Source: Nymphaea colorata | Taxonomy: Eukaryota | NCBI RefSeq assembly: GCF_008831285.2 | Contig: NC_045138.2 | Span: 27,714,001 to 27,778,000 of the forward strand | DNA: 64,000 nucleotides | Direction of reading: 5' to 3' | Part shown: one piece after another, positions 42,101 to 55,000 of the stretch | Numbering within the stretch: position 1 is the first letter of the stretch | Layout: every line of letters begins with the position of its first letter | The notes under the pieces: generated by a model | The model's database searches: none | Seen by the model: only the letters and a program-made list of their open reading frames with translations | Told to the model about the DNA's origin: nothing | Position numbers and translations under genes: made by a program

Positions 42101-44073
42101 GAGAAAGACCAAACTAATGCTAAAATAAAAATGTCAGTACATTCAACACGAATTGGAAACATATATGCAAGTTTGGGTGCAAGCAGTGTTGTACGTATCA
42201 TACGATACAGAGCTGTATTTGTACGATACGTATCATATCGAATGTAAAATACGATATGATACACCCCCGTATCGTACATTTACGATACGGGCACCGTATC
42301 GTATGATACGGTTACAATACGGCAACGATACAGTTACGATACGGCACGATACAGGTACAATGTGGTAATTTTTATTGATTTTTTATTATTTTTTGAGAAT
42401 TTTTTATATTTTTTCTGATTTTTGTTTTAAGAAAACGATAAGTTACGATATTTTACGATACAACGTATCTTAAAGTCAGATCGATACGGCTTACGATACG
42501 CTTTTTACAACATTGGGTGCAAGACCATGTCTGACTTACATGTCACTTTTAAGGATCCAAATCACATATTTCAATCAATAATATGACTGCATAATATGGC
42601 AGAAACGTTGTTGATGAAGAATTCAGATAATATGGTTCACATTTGCAGTTGAGAAACAGTCTACATACAAAAGTATTTCATAAGTCAGTTACTTTAATCA
42701 TTATTGCATAGTTTAAACATTTCTGTAACTTGTTGGATGTTTGAGTTAAGTTATATCTACCAGTTGAAGTAAGAGGTCTCCCTCAGATTAAGTTTATATG
42801 GAAACATGCAGGCTTGTGGGGGAATGGAAGCCAGAGTCATATGCAGTCAACTTGATGAACTTAAGCCCGCTAACAATTTTAACTTGTCCAAACGCCATAG
42901 ACAGCATATTCGTACTAAAAAACGACACATTCATGGGAAATATCTGTCAACTGGTGCCTAGTTGTCCAGGCCATGCAAAAAATGGAAAATTAGCAAATGC
43001 TGAAATATCCGGTTATTGAAAGGTTATTAATTGTTGAGCTCTTGAATATTTTGTTGCGTTCGACTAAACTGGTACAACAAGAAACAAGTAGACAGGTCAA
43101 TCACAAGGAGTTAGCTCGTGGAACAAAAGGTTGCTAAACAAAATGTGAAGCCTACCTGTGACAGCCTAATGTAAAGCAGGTATATCTAATGGACAGTGAA
43201 GCTGACTTTTTCTACCCCGTAAACTTTTTCCTTTTTCACTCAAACACTGAAAACTTCGGCAGCTTAACTAAAGCCTGAATCATTCGACGGCGTTCATTTA
43301 CTCAGATCACATTTACCCGAACAAATTCTTTTAACAAACGTCAGCTATCAATTACTAAATAATATCAAGAATGTTTTAGCAGAAAAGTGTATTCCACCTT
43401 TCCATTTAAAATAACGAATGCAAAACTGGTTTCCTCATTTAGTTCCAGCATTATAAATAGACTGAACGTTGTCCGACTCTGGCATCTGTGAAAGAGAAAT
43501 AAGCATTATCACTTGATTCACTTCTATTAAATTCAACTCGTGCAAATCAAATCCGAGTTCATATTCACGAACACTACACCGATCTTCAGAAGTACATGGA
43601 TAAAAATGGAATTCTCTCACTGCAAACTTTCTGAAAACGACAATTCACTTGAAATCAGCCGGATCCACAAAATGCAAGCCCTCAAGTATTTCCCACCTCG
43701 CCTCCGGACGGTGTAAAAACTGACTCCGCTCAAACACAATAACCACAAACCCTAAACATCAACTCCACGCGACATTGCGGAAACAAAGGACAAACTCACA
43801 AAAAGCCGGGGACCGAAGGGAGAGGCGTCAGAAATCGGATCTGCACGTACCTCCTTGTTGCTCACTCTCGGCGAATTCCCTCTCTAGCGCTCGATCAATG
43901 ATATTGGCGAAGCTGTCCTCCTTCGCGGTGGCGTTATTCCCCGCGGCCTCCGGCTGATCATCGCCGGCGAGAGGGCGACGGAGGGAGGAGGAAGAGGACA
44001 ATAAAGAGCAAATGAGGAGGAGGGAGACGAGGGGGTAGAGGCGGGAGAAAGACCCGGAGGGAAAGCTCCGCAT
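24845..44073 (-). CDS. KEA4: K+ efflux antiporter, KEA4/5/6 (endomembrane CPA2) clade, 20 exons
   Basis: Exons (minus strand): 44073-43851, 40939-40896, 34524-34457, 34334-34256, 34106-34045, 33964-33889, 33740-33666, 32533-32462, 32363-32280, 31353-31285, 30384-30307, 30220-30132, 29053-28957, 28819-28766, 27687-27592, 26502-26314, 26217-26140, 25233-25189, 25109-25020, 24925-24845(TGA). All GT-AG and in frame. Signal peptide, then IDRALEREF, KSKYPVLQLDLRLISDLVVVIVSATCGG, GTLILQDCAVG, GMSLAQIGEFAFVLLSRA, ending HDS*. KEA4 vs KEA6 orthology is not resolved. Confidence 0.93.
25417..25768. mobile_element. hAT-type MITE in KEA intron 17
   Basis: Perfect 8-bp TSD ATTTTACA at 25409-25416 and 25769-25776. 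Degenerate TIRs GTAAGTCAC / ATCACTTAG. Architecture similar to the 3243-3557 element. Confidence 0.55.
34998..35272 (+). repeat. 5' LTR (275 bp)
   Basis: Direct repeat of 39905-40179 with 4 substitutions; begins TGTTAG and ends CTACA. Confidence 0.96.
35273..35283 (+). other. Primer binding site complementary to the initiator tRNA-Met 3' end
   Basis: TGGTATCAGAG immediately after the 5' LTR (canonical form TGGTATCAGAGC). Confidence 0.9.
35612..39910 (+). pseudogene. Copia gag-pol polyprotein; single frame interrupted by two in-frame TAG stops (38684-38686, 39335-39337)
   Basis: Gag knuckle CSHCNKLGHSVDFC, protease WIVDSGATHHM, WHERLGH/CEVC, integrase HSDVWGP/RTDNARE/QNGVAERKNRH, RT YVDD, RNase H YSDADWAG/YCDNKSAI. 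The three listed ORFs share one frame, and the final stop lies inside the 3' LTR (LEGEC*). Confidence 0.93.
39905..40179 (+). repeat. 3' LTR (275 bp)
   Basis: Preceded by the polypurine tract GAGGGGGAG and followed by the TSD CAAAC. Confidence 0.96.
41351..41702. mobile_element. hAT-type MITE in KEA intron 1 (CATTGTCAC terminal family)
   Basis: Ends TACTGTCACAAATAT / ATATTGGTGACAATG. 8-bp TSD GTTTCAAC (41343-41350) / GTTCCAAC (41703-41710). Confidence 0.6.
42184..42515. mobile_element. hAT-type MITE in KEA intron 1 with TACGATAC/GTATCGTA subterminal repeats
   Basis: TIRs CAGTGTTGTA / TACAACATTG. Perfect 8-bp TSD GGTGCAAG (42176-42183, 42516-42523). Many CGATAC motifs in both orientations. 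Confidence 0.85.
43747..43755. promoter_or_regulatory. Telo-box (AAACCCTAA) near the 5' end of KEA intron 1
   Basis: Exact motif about 100 nt into the first intron. A reverse copy (TTAGGGTTT) also lies in RRM-gene intron 1 near 48214. Confidence 0.4.
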
Positions 44074-44912
44074 CTTGACGGCGAAGGAGGAGGGGGCGCG
44101 GGAAAACGGTGGTGGTTTCCGGCCAACCAAAGGCAGGACTTAGGACAGCAGGACGCTTATATCAAGGGCAGATTTGGAAGTGCACTACTCTTATGAAATT
44201 ACTTAAGAATCATCTTCTATGTAAAGTTATCGAAATTGCCATCCCTGGGTCGTGGTACTGGTACAGCTGGGAGACGAGCGAACCCAACCAAGCAACGGAG
44301 GATGGCTCGTTAATCCATCCGCCGACTCTCCTCAACCGGATCATCTTTCTCCTTAACCGGATCTGAATCATTAGACAGTTAGTTTAGGCTGAGTTGATCT
44401 TAAATTCAATTAAAGAAATAATTTAATAATGTTGTTTGTCTAAATTGCCAATTATGAGATTCTAAGATAGAGTTTGATTACAGAGAATATTGTGTCAAAA
44501 AAATCTAGATCATGTAAGTTTCTACCAACTCGAATAAGTTTCTAAATAACAAATAAATTAATAACAAATAAAAATTATATATGGGTTTATGGATTTCTCT
44601 ATCGTCCGGCCTCACAGCATATTGTCTGATGCAGGCAGTGTATTTAGTCACATCTGCATGGCCACGATTGGACAAACGTCAAGATGGCTGAAAGATTTCA
44701 GCTTCAATTGTATATTTTTATCAGATGCCCGAAGAAATCCATGTCATGTTGGTAAGTATCGGACCCTTAGTTGTTAGATCCTTACCTAATAATGTCGGTT
44801 ATCCATTTTTTCAAGATGTTGAAAAAAAATTAAGGAGAAAAAATTGTCAACTAATATTAAATTACTCTATCTTTTTTTTTCCCTGTTTTTTCTATTAACC
44901 ATTACTCAAGGT

Positions 44913-45013
<101 letters not shown>

Positions 45014-47668
45014 ACATAATGTTTGGTTTTCTATGAAGACCGCGAACAAGTTTGCCATGTACCTAAAAACATAAAATTTAAAAATAAGATTATGGCAGTT
45101 GCGATATGATAATTTTCCATGTAGTAGTATCTCACATGAGTTGGTTGGTCGACATACAAGAAAAGGTTGCCAATTTATGGTTGGAACAGCACAGTTGGAT
45201 TTGATTTCTACATTTGTCAGCACCTTGATTGACTTCGATTAACTACAGGTCCTGTCATTGTGAAGGCTCTATAGCTTGATTTAGAGTCTTCACTTGACAC
45301 GCTTTTCATTTCTTTCTGATTGCATATACTCAAATAAACAAATATAGTTGAAAACTTGTGTTCTTCATCACAGAGTTTAACTTGAAAAAGCAAAATCTCG
45401 TCTTCAATGTTGTGTATGCTTTTATTTAGTTATGTGATAGTTTTTTCCCAATATTTTGCATCTAAGAAGATGTCGTAATATTTCTCCTAACCAAGCATTT
45501 TTAGTGACTGAATTTGAGAACATAGGGTGTCAAAAACACTCCACAGGTTATATAAACATGAAGTGGTTGTTTTGGAAACTGTTGTTTATGATAAATTTAT
45601 TGGAAGAGAATAAGATGAGTCCAAATTCGATCATTTTCTTCCCTAATGAATAATAGGCTAAGGATCTGCACACCATGCATCTTTATTTTGCATAATAATT
45701 GCTTTTATGAGTTGAAACGCTTGTGGTGCTGCAGCAGACAGTTGCAAGGTGCAAAAAGTGTGATGCTCCTTCTTCCTTTCTCCCTCTCTTTCTCTTCTCT
45801 TCTCTTCTCTCTCATTCATGATTTCGAGTGTGGAGTGGCATTTAAGAAAGTTAGTGATGAGTTTCTCCTTCATAGAATGTGAATAATGCCAGCATTGAAT
45901 TATGGGCACATGAACTGATGTGAAGACATTGTATTGGTTTAAATATATAGCAATGAAAATGTGGGAAGAAAGTAAATTGGTCTCCAATGTTTGTGAATTT
46001 ATCTTGAGCTGCCTCATTTTTTCTAGTGCTCAGACAACTGGTTGCAGTTTTCAGGTTGATGCCCGAGTGATTGCTTGTGATACTTTTACCTTGTGTTACA
46101 TTTTTTAAATTTGCATGTAATTTTTTAAAAATTTCATTTACTTTATATAAAATTTTTAAAAAATTATGTTTCGACTCTTGTTAAAATTTTGAAACCCTCA
46201 TGAAAAATATATCTCAAGTTTTATCATAAACAAACAAGAGTATTGTTAACTTCTACACGAATGGCTCTAAAGCCCATTTAGTTTGTTTCACCCTGGATCT
46301 TAGGTTCGCGGTGATCTGAGATCCTTAGGATTTAAATTCCATGAATTTAAGGTCGGGCACCTCCCCTGCCATTTGACCGTAAATTCATGGTTTTTAACGC
46401 GTATAATGGATTCAAAATCCATGTTGAGGATCTTCCAGAACACCTTTTAATGCAGTCTCATCCAAGGCTATCAAACACAACCTAAAAGATGTTTGATTAG
46501 CATTCTTGGGTATTCACTTCTATTGTGGAAAGTTCATCAAGTATATGCAAACAATGGACATGAGAATGTGGTGGAACTTGTTACCATGTAAACACAAAGA
46601 ATGTTTTTTTTTTTGGCATCCTCTATATTCTATGATAAACCGCGAAATGGGTGAAATATCACAAAATGCTAAAGTTGTGTTTAGATGTCATTCTCAAAAA
46701 ACAATGCTTGTGAAAATCAGGCTTTGTGACAACTTGGTTTTTTAATGAGTTTATGAAACCTGGTTTGTATGTTTAAGTAACAGGACAAAACAATGTTTTA
46801 GGGTTTACTCGTTAGAAAACATCATTTTATTTATACTCAAACACAATTTAAACACTATTTTATTTTGGAAACTTTAAGTGTGTCGTTCAAACACGTTCCA
46901 GTTCTTATCCATCAAACTAGCCCATGTAGATCCATGAAATTATGAGGGACAAAAGTACATTGGGTAACTTTTTTAGCCATTCAAACACCCGTTTAGTAAA
47001 AAAAAAACGAACAAATGTTGAGTTCATTATAAAAGAAATCATGAGAAGTGATAACCTTCTCTTTATATTGACAGCTAAAAATTGGCAGTGCTTTCTCAAT
47101 TCCATCGAAAAAAAATCTGAAAAACTCATGAAAAGCAATTGACTGAATGTCGCATCGAGACAAACTTTTCAATATATGAATGAGAGCTAGACTTTGATTT
47201 AGTAGTAGTCTCTTGGTTGAACTTAATCTAATTACTGGGAATAGTTTTTATGAATTATGGAAGTTAATGAATAGGGATGTAAGCTATCAAATTCAGCCGC
47301 ATTTGTTGATATGCAATATATAAAAGTGTTTGATACACCTAATTGGGCTAAGGGTTGCTACTTCTCACTTAAAAGTTAGGTTAATACTAGGAATATTTAT
47401 CTTTTCTTCATTCCCAAGACATAAGTCTGCATTTGGCGTCTCTAAGGCCTCTCCAATTAAAATTAAAAAATTTAAAAAATTGCAAATGAAAATTAAAAGA
47501 AGTTTTTTTTTTAAATTTTATTAAATGATATGATTTAATATTATTAATTAGTTTTTAGGCAGATGGAAAAGTATGAACCGAACCTACCATTATTGGATCA
47601 ATCCGACACATTAACAGGCTCACCCAGGACCCTGCAACTGCGAGAGAGCGGGAGAGAATCCTTCGACG

Positions 47669-50600
47669 ATGGACCCGAATAGCGCGCACGCGGTGGCGAT
47701 GGCAGCGATGGCGTCGCACCATCAGCTGAAGCCGCCGGGGATCCTCCACCCGGGTCCCCTTGGTCCGCCACCAGGGGTGAGCGGCCTCCCGCCTCCGGCA
47801 GTAGACCCCATCTCACCGGTGATGCAGCCTGGCCGTCGCGGCCCCCTCGATCTCGATCCTCATCTTCACCACCAACAGCAGCAACTCGCCGGGTACTTCC
47901 CGAATCCCTACCAGGAACCAATCAAGACCATCTTCATCTCCGGTCTTCCAGACGACGTCAAGCCCCGGGAGATCCACAACCTCTTCCGGCGCCGGTACGG
48001 CTTCGAGTCCTGCCAGCTCAAGTACACCGGCCGGGGCGACCAGGTTCATTCTCATCTTCGTCCCCTGAGTCCGTGCCCCTAGTCGTCCTTGGCACTCCCT
48101 TCTTGAGAATTCTCCGTCTGCGGCCGCTGTTAGGGTTACTTGTCGCGCTTGTTTTCTTTCCTTGTTGAGGGTTCTAATGCTTGTTCTGTCTGGTTATGGT
48201 TGTGGATGTGACATTAGGGTTTTCTGGGTTAAAATTGAAGGGTACGACACGCAAGTAGTGAGTGAATTGCCCTTCTCTTTCTCCCGTTTATTTTACAAGT
48301 AATATGGTCTCCTGGCTATAAATGCAATTTGCAAGCCATTTTTTGTTGTATTTCCGAAAATGAATGATATCAAGGTGAGTTTTCGTTCTAGGACCTGAGT
48401 TTTGAGTTAATAGTTATAGATGGCGGCCCCTTTCTGAGTTGATTCATCCTGCATAGGTAGAATTAGAAAATGCAGTTTAATGCCACTTCCAAATTATCCA
48501 GTACGGAGATTATTGTGTTGCTTTACCTGCAGGCCTAGTTTTTTCTGTGTCTTTTTCTTTTTATTGGTTTAAGTTGTGCACCTTGCGCTTGCATGCTGAC
48601 ATTGGTTTAATCTTTTCTGTGCACTTATTGATAAGTGAGACTATTGTTTTTAACGTCCTTTGCGCGCATCAGAAAGAGGCTTAGTCTTGTTCATGATGTT
48701 CCTATGCTTTCCTAAAAAATCTAAAGAATTTTCTCTGCATAGGTTGTTGCATTTGCGACATTCTTCGACCATCAATCTGCAATGGCAGCAATGGAAGCAT
48801 TAAATGTGGGAGGCTTGTCTTATCCTTTTCTATCGCTTCCTGATTGTATTGTTTGCACAACACTGAGCTGATCAAGTAAAGATAAATTGCTGATTTTCCA
48901 CTTCCAGGGTACAATTTTTGATCCTCTTACTGGTGGAACATTACATATTGAGCTTGCAAGGTCAAACTCACGAACTAAGCGTCCAAGAGGTACTAGATTG
49001 CAACCACAGTTCTTGTTTCTGCATCCTCATTCTGGTGAAAGCGTGCTTGCTGTGAGTTGCATATGAAATTGAACTAGTCCATTGGTGCAAAATGATTGGC
49101 GGAGGTTCTTGCTTTTCAGGTAGTAGCGCCTACACAGTAATTGATAAGAGAATTAAGGATTCTAAGGGTGCTGAGGACGACTGGGGTAATGATGGTATGT
49201 GATCATCATGGCCTTTTACAGCTTGCTGCCACAGGAATTATTTGATGTACTTTTTGTTGACTGGATTTTACTAATGTGGCAAAAATGGCTTGATTACTGT
49301 TTTAATGGTCGTAGCTTTTGTGCAGTAGCTGTTTTGTGTCTATCATTTTTATGCAGTTGTTGGAAAAAACACTGGTTTCACGTAGAGAGACACTCATCAC
49401 AACTTGCTTCTGTATCTTTCTTCACACATTTTTGGCACATTTTCACACTCAGGAGATGGCGGATCTGATGACCCATCGAGCATGAATAACACTAGTTCCA
49501 GCAACAAGAGTGGTTTACCATCAGCACAGAGGTTGATTGCACTTCAGATTGCACAAAATTGTTTAATTGTTTGAATTTTTCCCGTCTAAAATTCATGTTT
49601 TTTTTACCATACTGTGCAATTGTAGTATATATGAAAATCCATTTATTATAGTCACTGGTATTGATTGCTGTTACATTTTCAGTGGAGAAGCGACTGGTAA
49701 TCTTGCTAATTTTCAGGACAATTCAGCTACAGTTGCCGTAAGTGCTCCTTTTTCTTTATTGAATATTGATAGCTGTGGTCCCATCATAGAAACATGTGTT
49801 GGTACAGTTGCCGTAAGTGCATGTGTTGGTATGAGCTCTTTCTGATGTGTTTACATGACGACCAGGATAAGCCTGCATTAGGGGAAGCTGCACCTTGTTC
49901 TACGTTGTTTATTGCAAATCTTGGCCCAACTTGCACGGAGCAAGAACTTACTGCCGTCCTATCAAAGTAAGTTTTGCATAATTTTTGTTTGATTGACATT
50001 ATGGCTGCTATATTCAATACTCTTCCGCTGGGAAAATTTGGAAAATAGCTGTAGGTCATGCTTTTCTATAGTCTACCTACATGATATGGTTTGTAATTTC
50101 TGGCAGTTATCAGTTGTATCTCATTTACTTTCATGGCTTATGCGAGTTATTGATCTTTGAATGATTCTTCTCGTTTTCTCTTACTGCCATAAGGTACCCG
50201 GGATTCCAAGTCCTTAAGTTGCGGTCAAAAGGTGGAATGCCTGTTGCTTTTGCTGATTTCCAGGTACAGTGTGCTACCTTCGAAGTATACAAAGTTTTTC
50301 AGTTGATTGTAGTCTGTGAGTTGCTTTATTACTCTGTTTGCAATAACCATTGTCCTGAAATCTAAATTGCTAAAGTATGAGTGGAGCTTTCCATTCTATG
50401 CTTTTACCTATGAACTTTATCGCTTACATGAATATATAGATACTTCCACACTCATGGGTGCCCTTCAGACATAAATACATGATTACATGTTCTCGAACAA
50501 TGTACGGTAACATAACATACAAGGTATACCTTCAAGCACGTAACATAACATACAATAAATGGTACACCTTCAAGCACTCAACTCAACCTCGATAACTAGT

Positions 50601-50921
50601 TGAGTGGAAGAAGTCAGGCAAGATTTAGTTCTCGAGTTGTGTCTTGGTTGGTCTGTTACGAGCCCTCTTTCTTTTTATGCTTGACCGTTTGCATCCTGTA
50701 TGCTGCAGGACGTATCATGTTCAACTGAGGCTCTAAGGTCGCTTCAGGGATGTCTTCTTGCATCTTCTGACCGTGGAGGAATGCATATAGAGTATCCTTC
50801 CCAGAACAACTGCCAACTCTTTTCTTATTTCGTTCCTTTTCTTTCAGAAGCATGAAAAATAATTTTGTCTCATGCCACTTTCTCCAGATATGCCAAGTCA
50901 AAAATGAGGAAAACCAGGTGA
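47669..50921 (+). CDS. Two-RRM RNA-binding protein (RBPMS/mec-8/couch-potato-like plant family, often annotated U1A/U2B''-like)
   Basis: Exons 47669-48043, 48743-48805, 48908-48989, 49120-49194, 49453-49531, 49683-49737, 49866-49966, 50194-50263, 50709-50791, 50888-50921(TGA). RRM1 TIFISGLPDDVKPREIHNLF..VVAFATF..LHIELARSNSR; RRM2 PCSTLFIANLGP..GGMPVAFADF..GGMHIEYAKSKM. Confidence 0.9.
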
Positions 50922-52084
50922 GCAGAAGCCATTCTTACTTCTAAGGGGAGGTGTCCAATTTCAGAAGCGCTGCCAGAAGCAAAACGTTGACAGATTTGCG
51001 ATTTTGTAGCGATTGTTATTAGTGTAACTCGAAAGGGCTGACTGTAGAAATTTTCCTAGATTTTGTATATTTGAATTTAACTGCTTTTGAGTCGGGAGTA
51101 TGCCAAATGGAAGTTGCAGTTTAATGGTAATCATGGCTATTCGGATTTGTTGTAATCGTCGTTGATGAGCGTCCCACCTTTCCTAGCCAATCACTTGAAT
51201 TATCTGTTGGATCCAGTCTCACATGAAAGGCCGTGAAACTCAATCTCGGACCCTAGTGGCATCAACTGTAGTGATAAAGCTATAGCATCAATCATGCTTA
51301 GATTACAGGTGACAGATCCAGCTTTAATTACCGGAGATTGTGTCACTCAAGGGAGTTGAACTATGGGTCCCCCGTTACAGTCTTCTAATATGTCGGTTCC
51401 TTCTGGTCTCTCACGCACCCTCGCTGCATCTTGTTTTCAAGGAAAATAAGCAATGTGCTTGGGTAGGTTCAAACATTTTTGACGACCCTGATCATGTTTG
51501 GGTTACAGTGTCTCTCGAACATGGTAAATTGAAGCTATCCCAGTACCATGGGCAGCTGAGAACAATTTTTTGGGAAATTTCGAGGTTTGAGTCTCTGCTC
51601 AATAAAGAACGAATGGGCTACTTAAAGGCTTCTTAGTTGCTGTTAGAGACCAGATGATATTATTCCTGTATCCAAAGACAAAACTTGCTAATTAAGGTAG
51701 ATTTATATTTAGCTCCATGCTCTCTATACCTCTCTGTTCCGGCATCACCACCACACAATTCATGAACTGGAAATGCTAGCAAGCGGAGAAATTGGTTGGT
51801 GTACAAATCTCAGGCACAATGTGAGCAAATTTACACAGAAAAATCTTGTTATTTGATGGATACTGGTCTGTTATTTGAGTCCGGTGAATCATCATCATTA
51901 TACCTTATGCACTGCTTCCGGATTGAGGCCATTATTCTGGTGGCCGCACTGCTTCCGGATGCACTGCAGATTCTCTGCCTTCATATACCCATCCATAAAG
52001 AATAAAATTGGATCCTTAACGAATCCTTTCTCTTGGGTGGGACTTGATACAGAAAAATAATTTGCGAGAGGCCGTCATTCAACG

Positions 52085-55000
52085 TCAACGGTAGAGCCTC
52101 AGGAAGGGACTCAGCCTACCTTGAATTTCCTCCTCCTTCAGCTTTGTAAACGCTGATTGCTCGATCCTTCTTATCCACTCTTTGGTCACATTTAGCAGCC
52201 TTCCAATCTCCTCTAAGGATTTGTACCTACCATCGTTGAGACCATATCTTAGTATAAGCACTTGCCTCTCCCTCTGATGCAACGTGCCTAGAACTTCATG
52301 AATTTCATCGATCATGTGTTGCTTCACAACCATCTCTTCTGGGGTCTTTACAAATGTATCAACTGTGACTTCCTGAGACCAAAGAAAAAAAAAAAAAGAA
52401 AGAAAAAAGGAAAGAAAAGGTTAGGTGGTGACTTTCACGATCTGATGATGGCATTCAACGGAGAGAGAGAGAGAGACCAAGAATTTTGCATGAAGATGTT
52501 CGCCAATTTTCTGATCTATGGATCCGGGAATGCGTGAACACTTCCTTGCCAGCAATACAGAACTTAATGGTAATCCAGTTACTGTTGCTATCTCATTGTC
52601 ACATGGATACCTCCCATGCTTGCGATGAAGAGCTCTTCTAGCTTTCTGAGTTTTCGTTACTAGAATGTTCAGGGATGCCTACATATGGACATATAAGCAC
52701 GAAGATGAGATATTGTCACACACCATATTATAGAAACAGTAACTCATGAAGTGCTGCAAGCAGAGAAGTGACTACACACTGGCAGTTGGATCCCTCGAGA
52801 ATTACGGGCCACAAATGTTGACAGGCACTTTCGAATCCAGTACTGTGCATAGGTAGAGAAACGGTATCCTCTAGTGGGATCAAATCTCTCAGCACCTTGA
52901 AGGACACCTAACCGTCCTGCCTGCAGTGAAGAAGCAATCATTTGATTAACACACAAAGTTCCAATCAGTATTGGAAGTACGCAGAACAAATCCGTCCAGT
53001 ATCTATTATTTGGCAATGAAAAGCTAAAATAAACAAATGTTTGTAAATGTTCCATTCTATGGTAAGCACCAACAAATATTTCCCCTCACACAGGTCAATG
53101 ACGAATGAGAGTGTTTCTGTGCATTGAGCAACCCGTCCCCAAGCTTTGTGCATATAGCATGATTTTTTACAGTATACCTGAACCAAGTCATCGAAGCTTA
53201 TCCCCCTTCCTTGATATCCTTTAGCAAGATAAATCACCAGTGAACGAGTACTTTTCAGGAGCTTATCTCTACATTGCCACCCAAAATATAACCGGTCCTT
53301 TAACGTCTTCTCATCTACACCAACTGCTTCAGCCCACCCAGACAAGCTGACTCTGTGCCCCAGTTTTTCTTCCAAATTGATTCGGACGTTTTCCAACCTT
53401 GAAATTTCCTGCGTTTCAAATTAAATCAACTCAAAAAAGAAACAGACCAAAATAATCTTAGTAACCCAATTTGTTAGAAGGGTGATTTTAGATGACATAG
53501 TCCAGGTATGTATGAACTGTGGAATCTATATAACTAGATCAACTCAGAGTGATGCAACATTGGTTCAGAAGATCTCCCTTTAGCGGCCCTACATTGGTCA
53601 TGAATTTCTAGCTTCCATTTAGCTCTAGACTCGGACACCTATACCGATGACTCCCGATTTGCTTAATTCAAGGACCCTTCGCACTTCAAAAATGCTAATG
53701 CAGTTGCAACGTTACCTGAACACCACTTGTCATATCTGACTCTTTTTTGGCAATTTCCAGTCTCCTTCTGCGTGATTTTAGTGAATCTGCTGATTTGATG
53801 GAGAGAATAGATATCCTAGACTTGTCAATTCTTGATGATAAAGTCAACGATTGTGAAACATCAGGCTTAGCCATTCTTCTAGTTCTCCTTTCTTTCCTCT
53901 CTTTCTTTTTACCTGATTGCACAGCAACATAACCACAACTGTAGCTTCGCATGGTTTCTGAGAAACCATCTCCGGATTGAGGAATGGATGATACACCCAC
54001 GTCTATGGTGTCTGTTGCAGCAAGTGTTTTTAAAAGACAAGCATGAAACAATTTCAGAGCGCCAAGCCTTTCAATTTGTATCAGAATCTCTTTTTCCAGC
54101 ACCATCAAATCAGAATTTATAAGCAAGCCTTCTATTTTCTCAAGATTTTCTATCAAGAATGTGAAGTCAGCTGCAGTGCCATCTGACTTATCCTCTGCAA
54201 TATGCAAACAAGTGTTGCTGATGCAGTCCCGTATTTGAGATGCTCTTGTAGAAACCTTGATCTGGACAAGAAGAATGCAATAATGTATATTTTAATGTTA
54301 CCGTTGAAGATGTAGAGATTGAATTCATATGAAACATATTAAACAAGAAAAAATTCATTGAACAAGATTAGCGATCGACCAATCCGCAAAGTTGGAAAGA
54401 CATGGAATAACCTCATGGAGGCTCCAAAGGAAAGGGTAGCTTATGTCTATCACCAAGTTAAGGTGATGCCATTTTGCCATAATAAGAAACCACCCAGTAT
54501 TCAATATTAGATGGCATTGAACCGCCAGATGAAGACATCTGAAATTGAGAGTATCTATGGTTATTTTGGACTAAGCGAAGCTAGAAGCTAACCTTGCTGT
54601 CTTCATTAAAAGTAGAACCGTTGTGAACCTTTTGTATCGGTCCAAGTGAACATGAATAAGCCTTTATTGATTCTCTATAGAGGGTTGTACTTTCTTCTGT
54701 TGCAATGTGCGGCATGGAAAGCCTAGCCAACTCGAACAAAGGTTCCCTGCTTTTCCCTGCATATCATGTCCAAACTGTTAATGTCAGAAGAACAATATTT
54801 TGCTCTGTCGGTGGACTACTAAGCAGAAACTACAGAGACCATCTTCCTATTTATATGTGTGGGAAGCTTCAGAACAAGAGTACAAGTTGCAGTACAAGGC
54901 TACAAGCATTGGCTATTATTGCCCATTACGCAGCCATTGAGTCTAACATAGTGCTTCGATTCTTTTGGCTTCACCAAATAATTCATACAACGTTTAACAG

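Noticed and set aside
42184..42515. CRISPR-like or iteron-like repeat array
   Set aside because: Irregular short motifs without unique spacers, in a eukaryotic intron, and bounded by TIRs and an 8-bp TSD.
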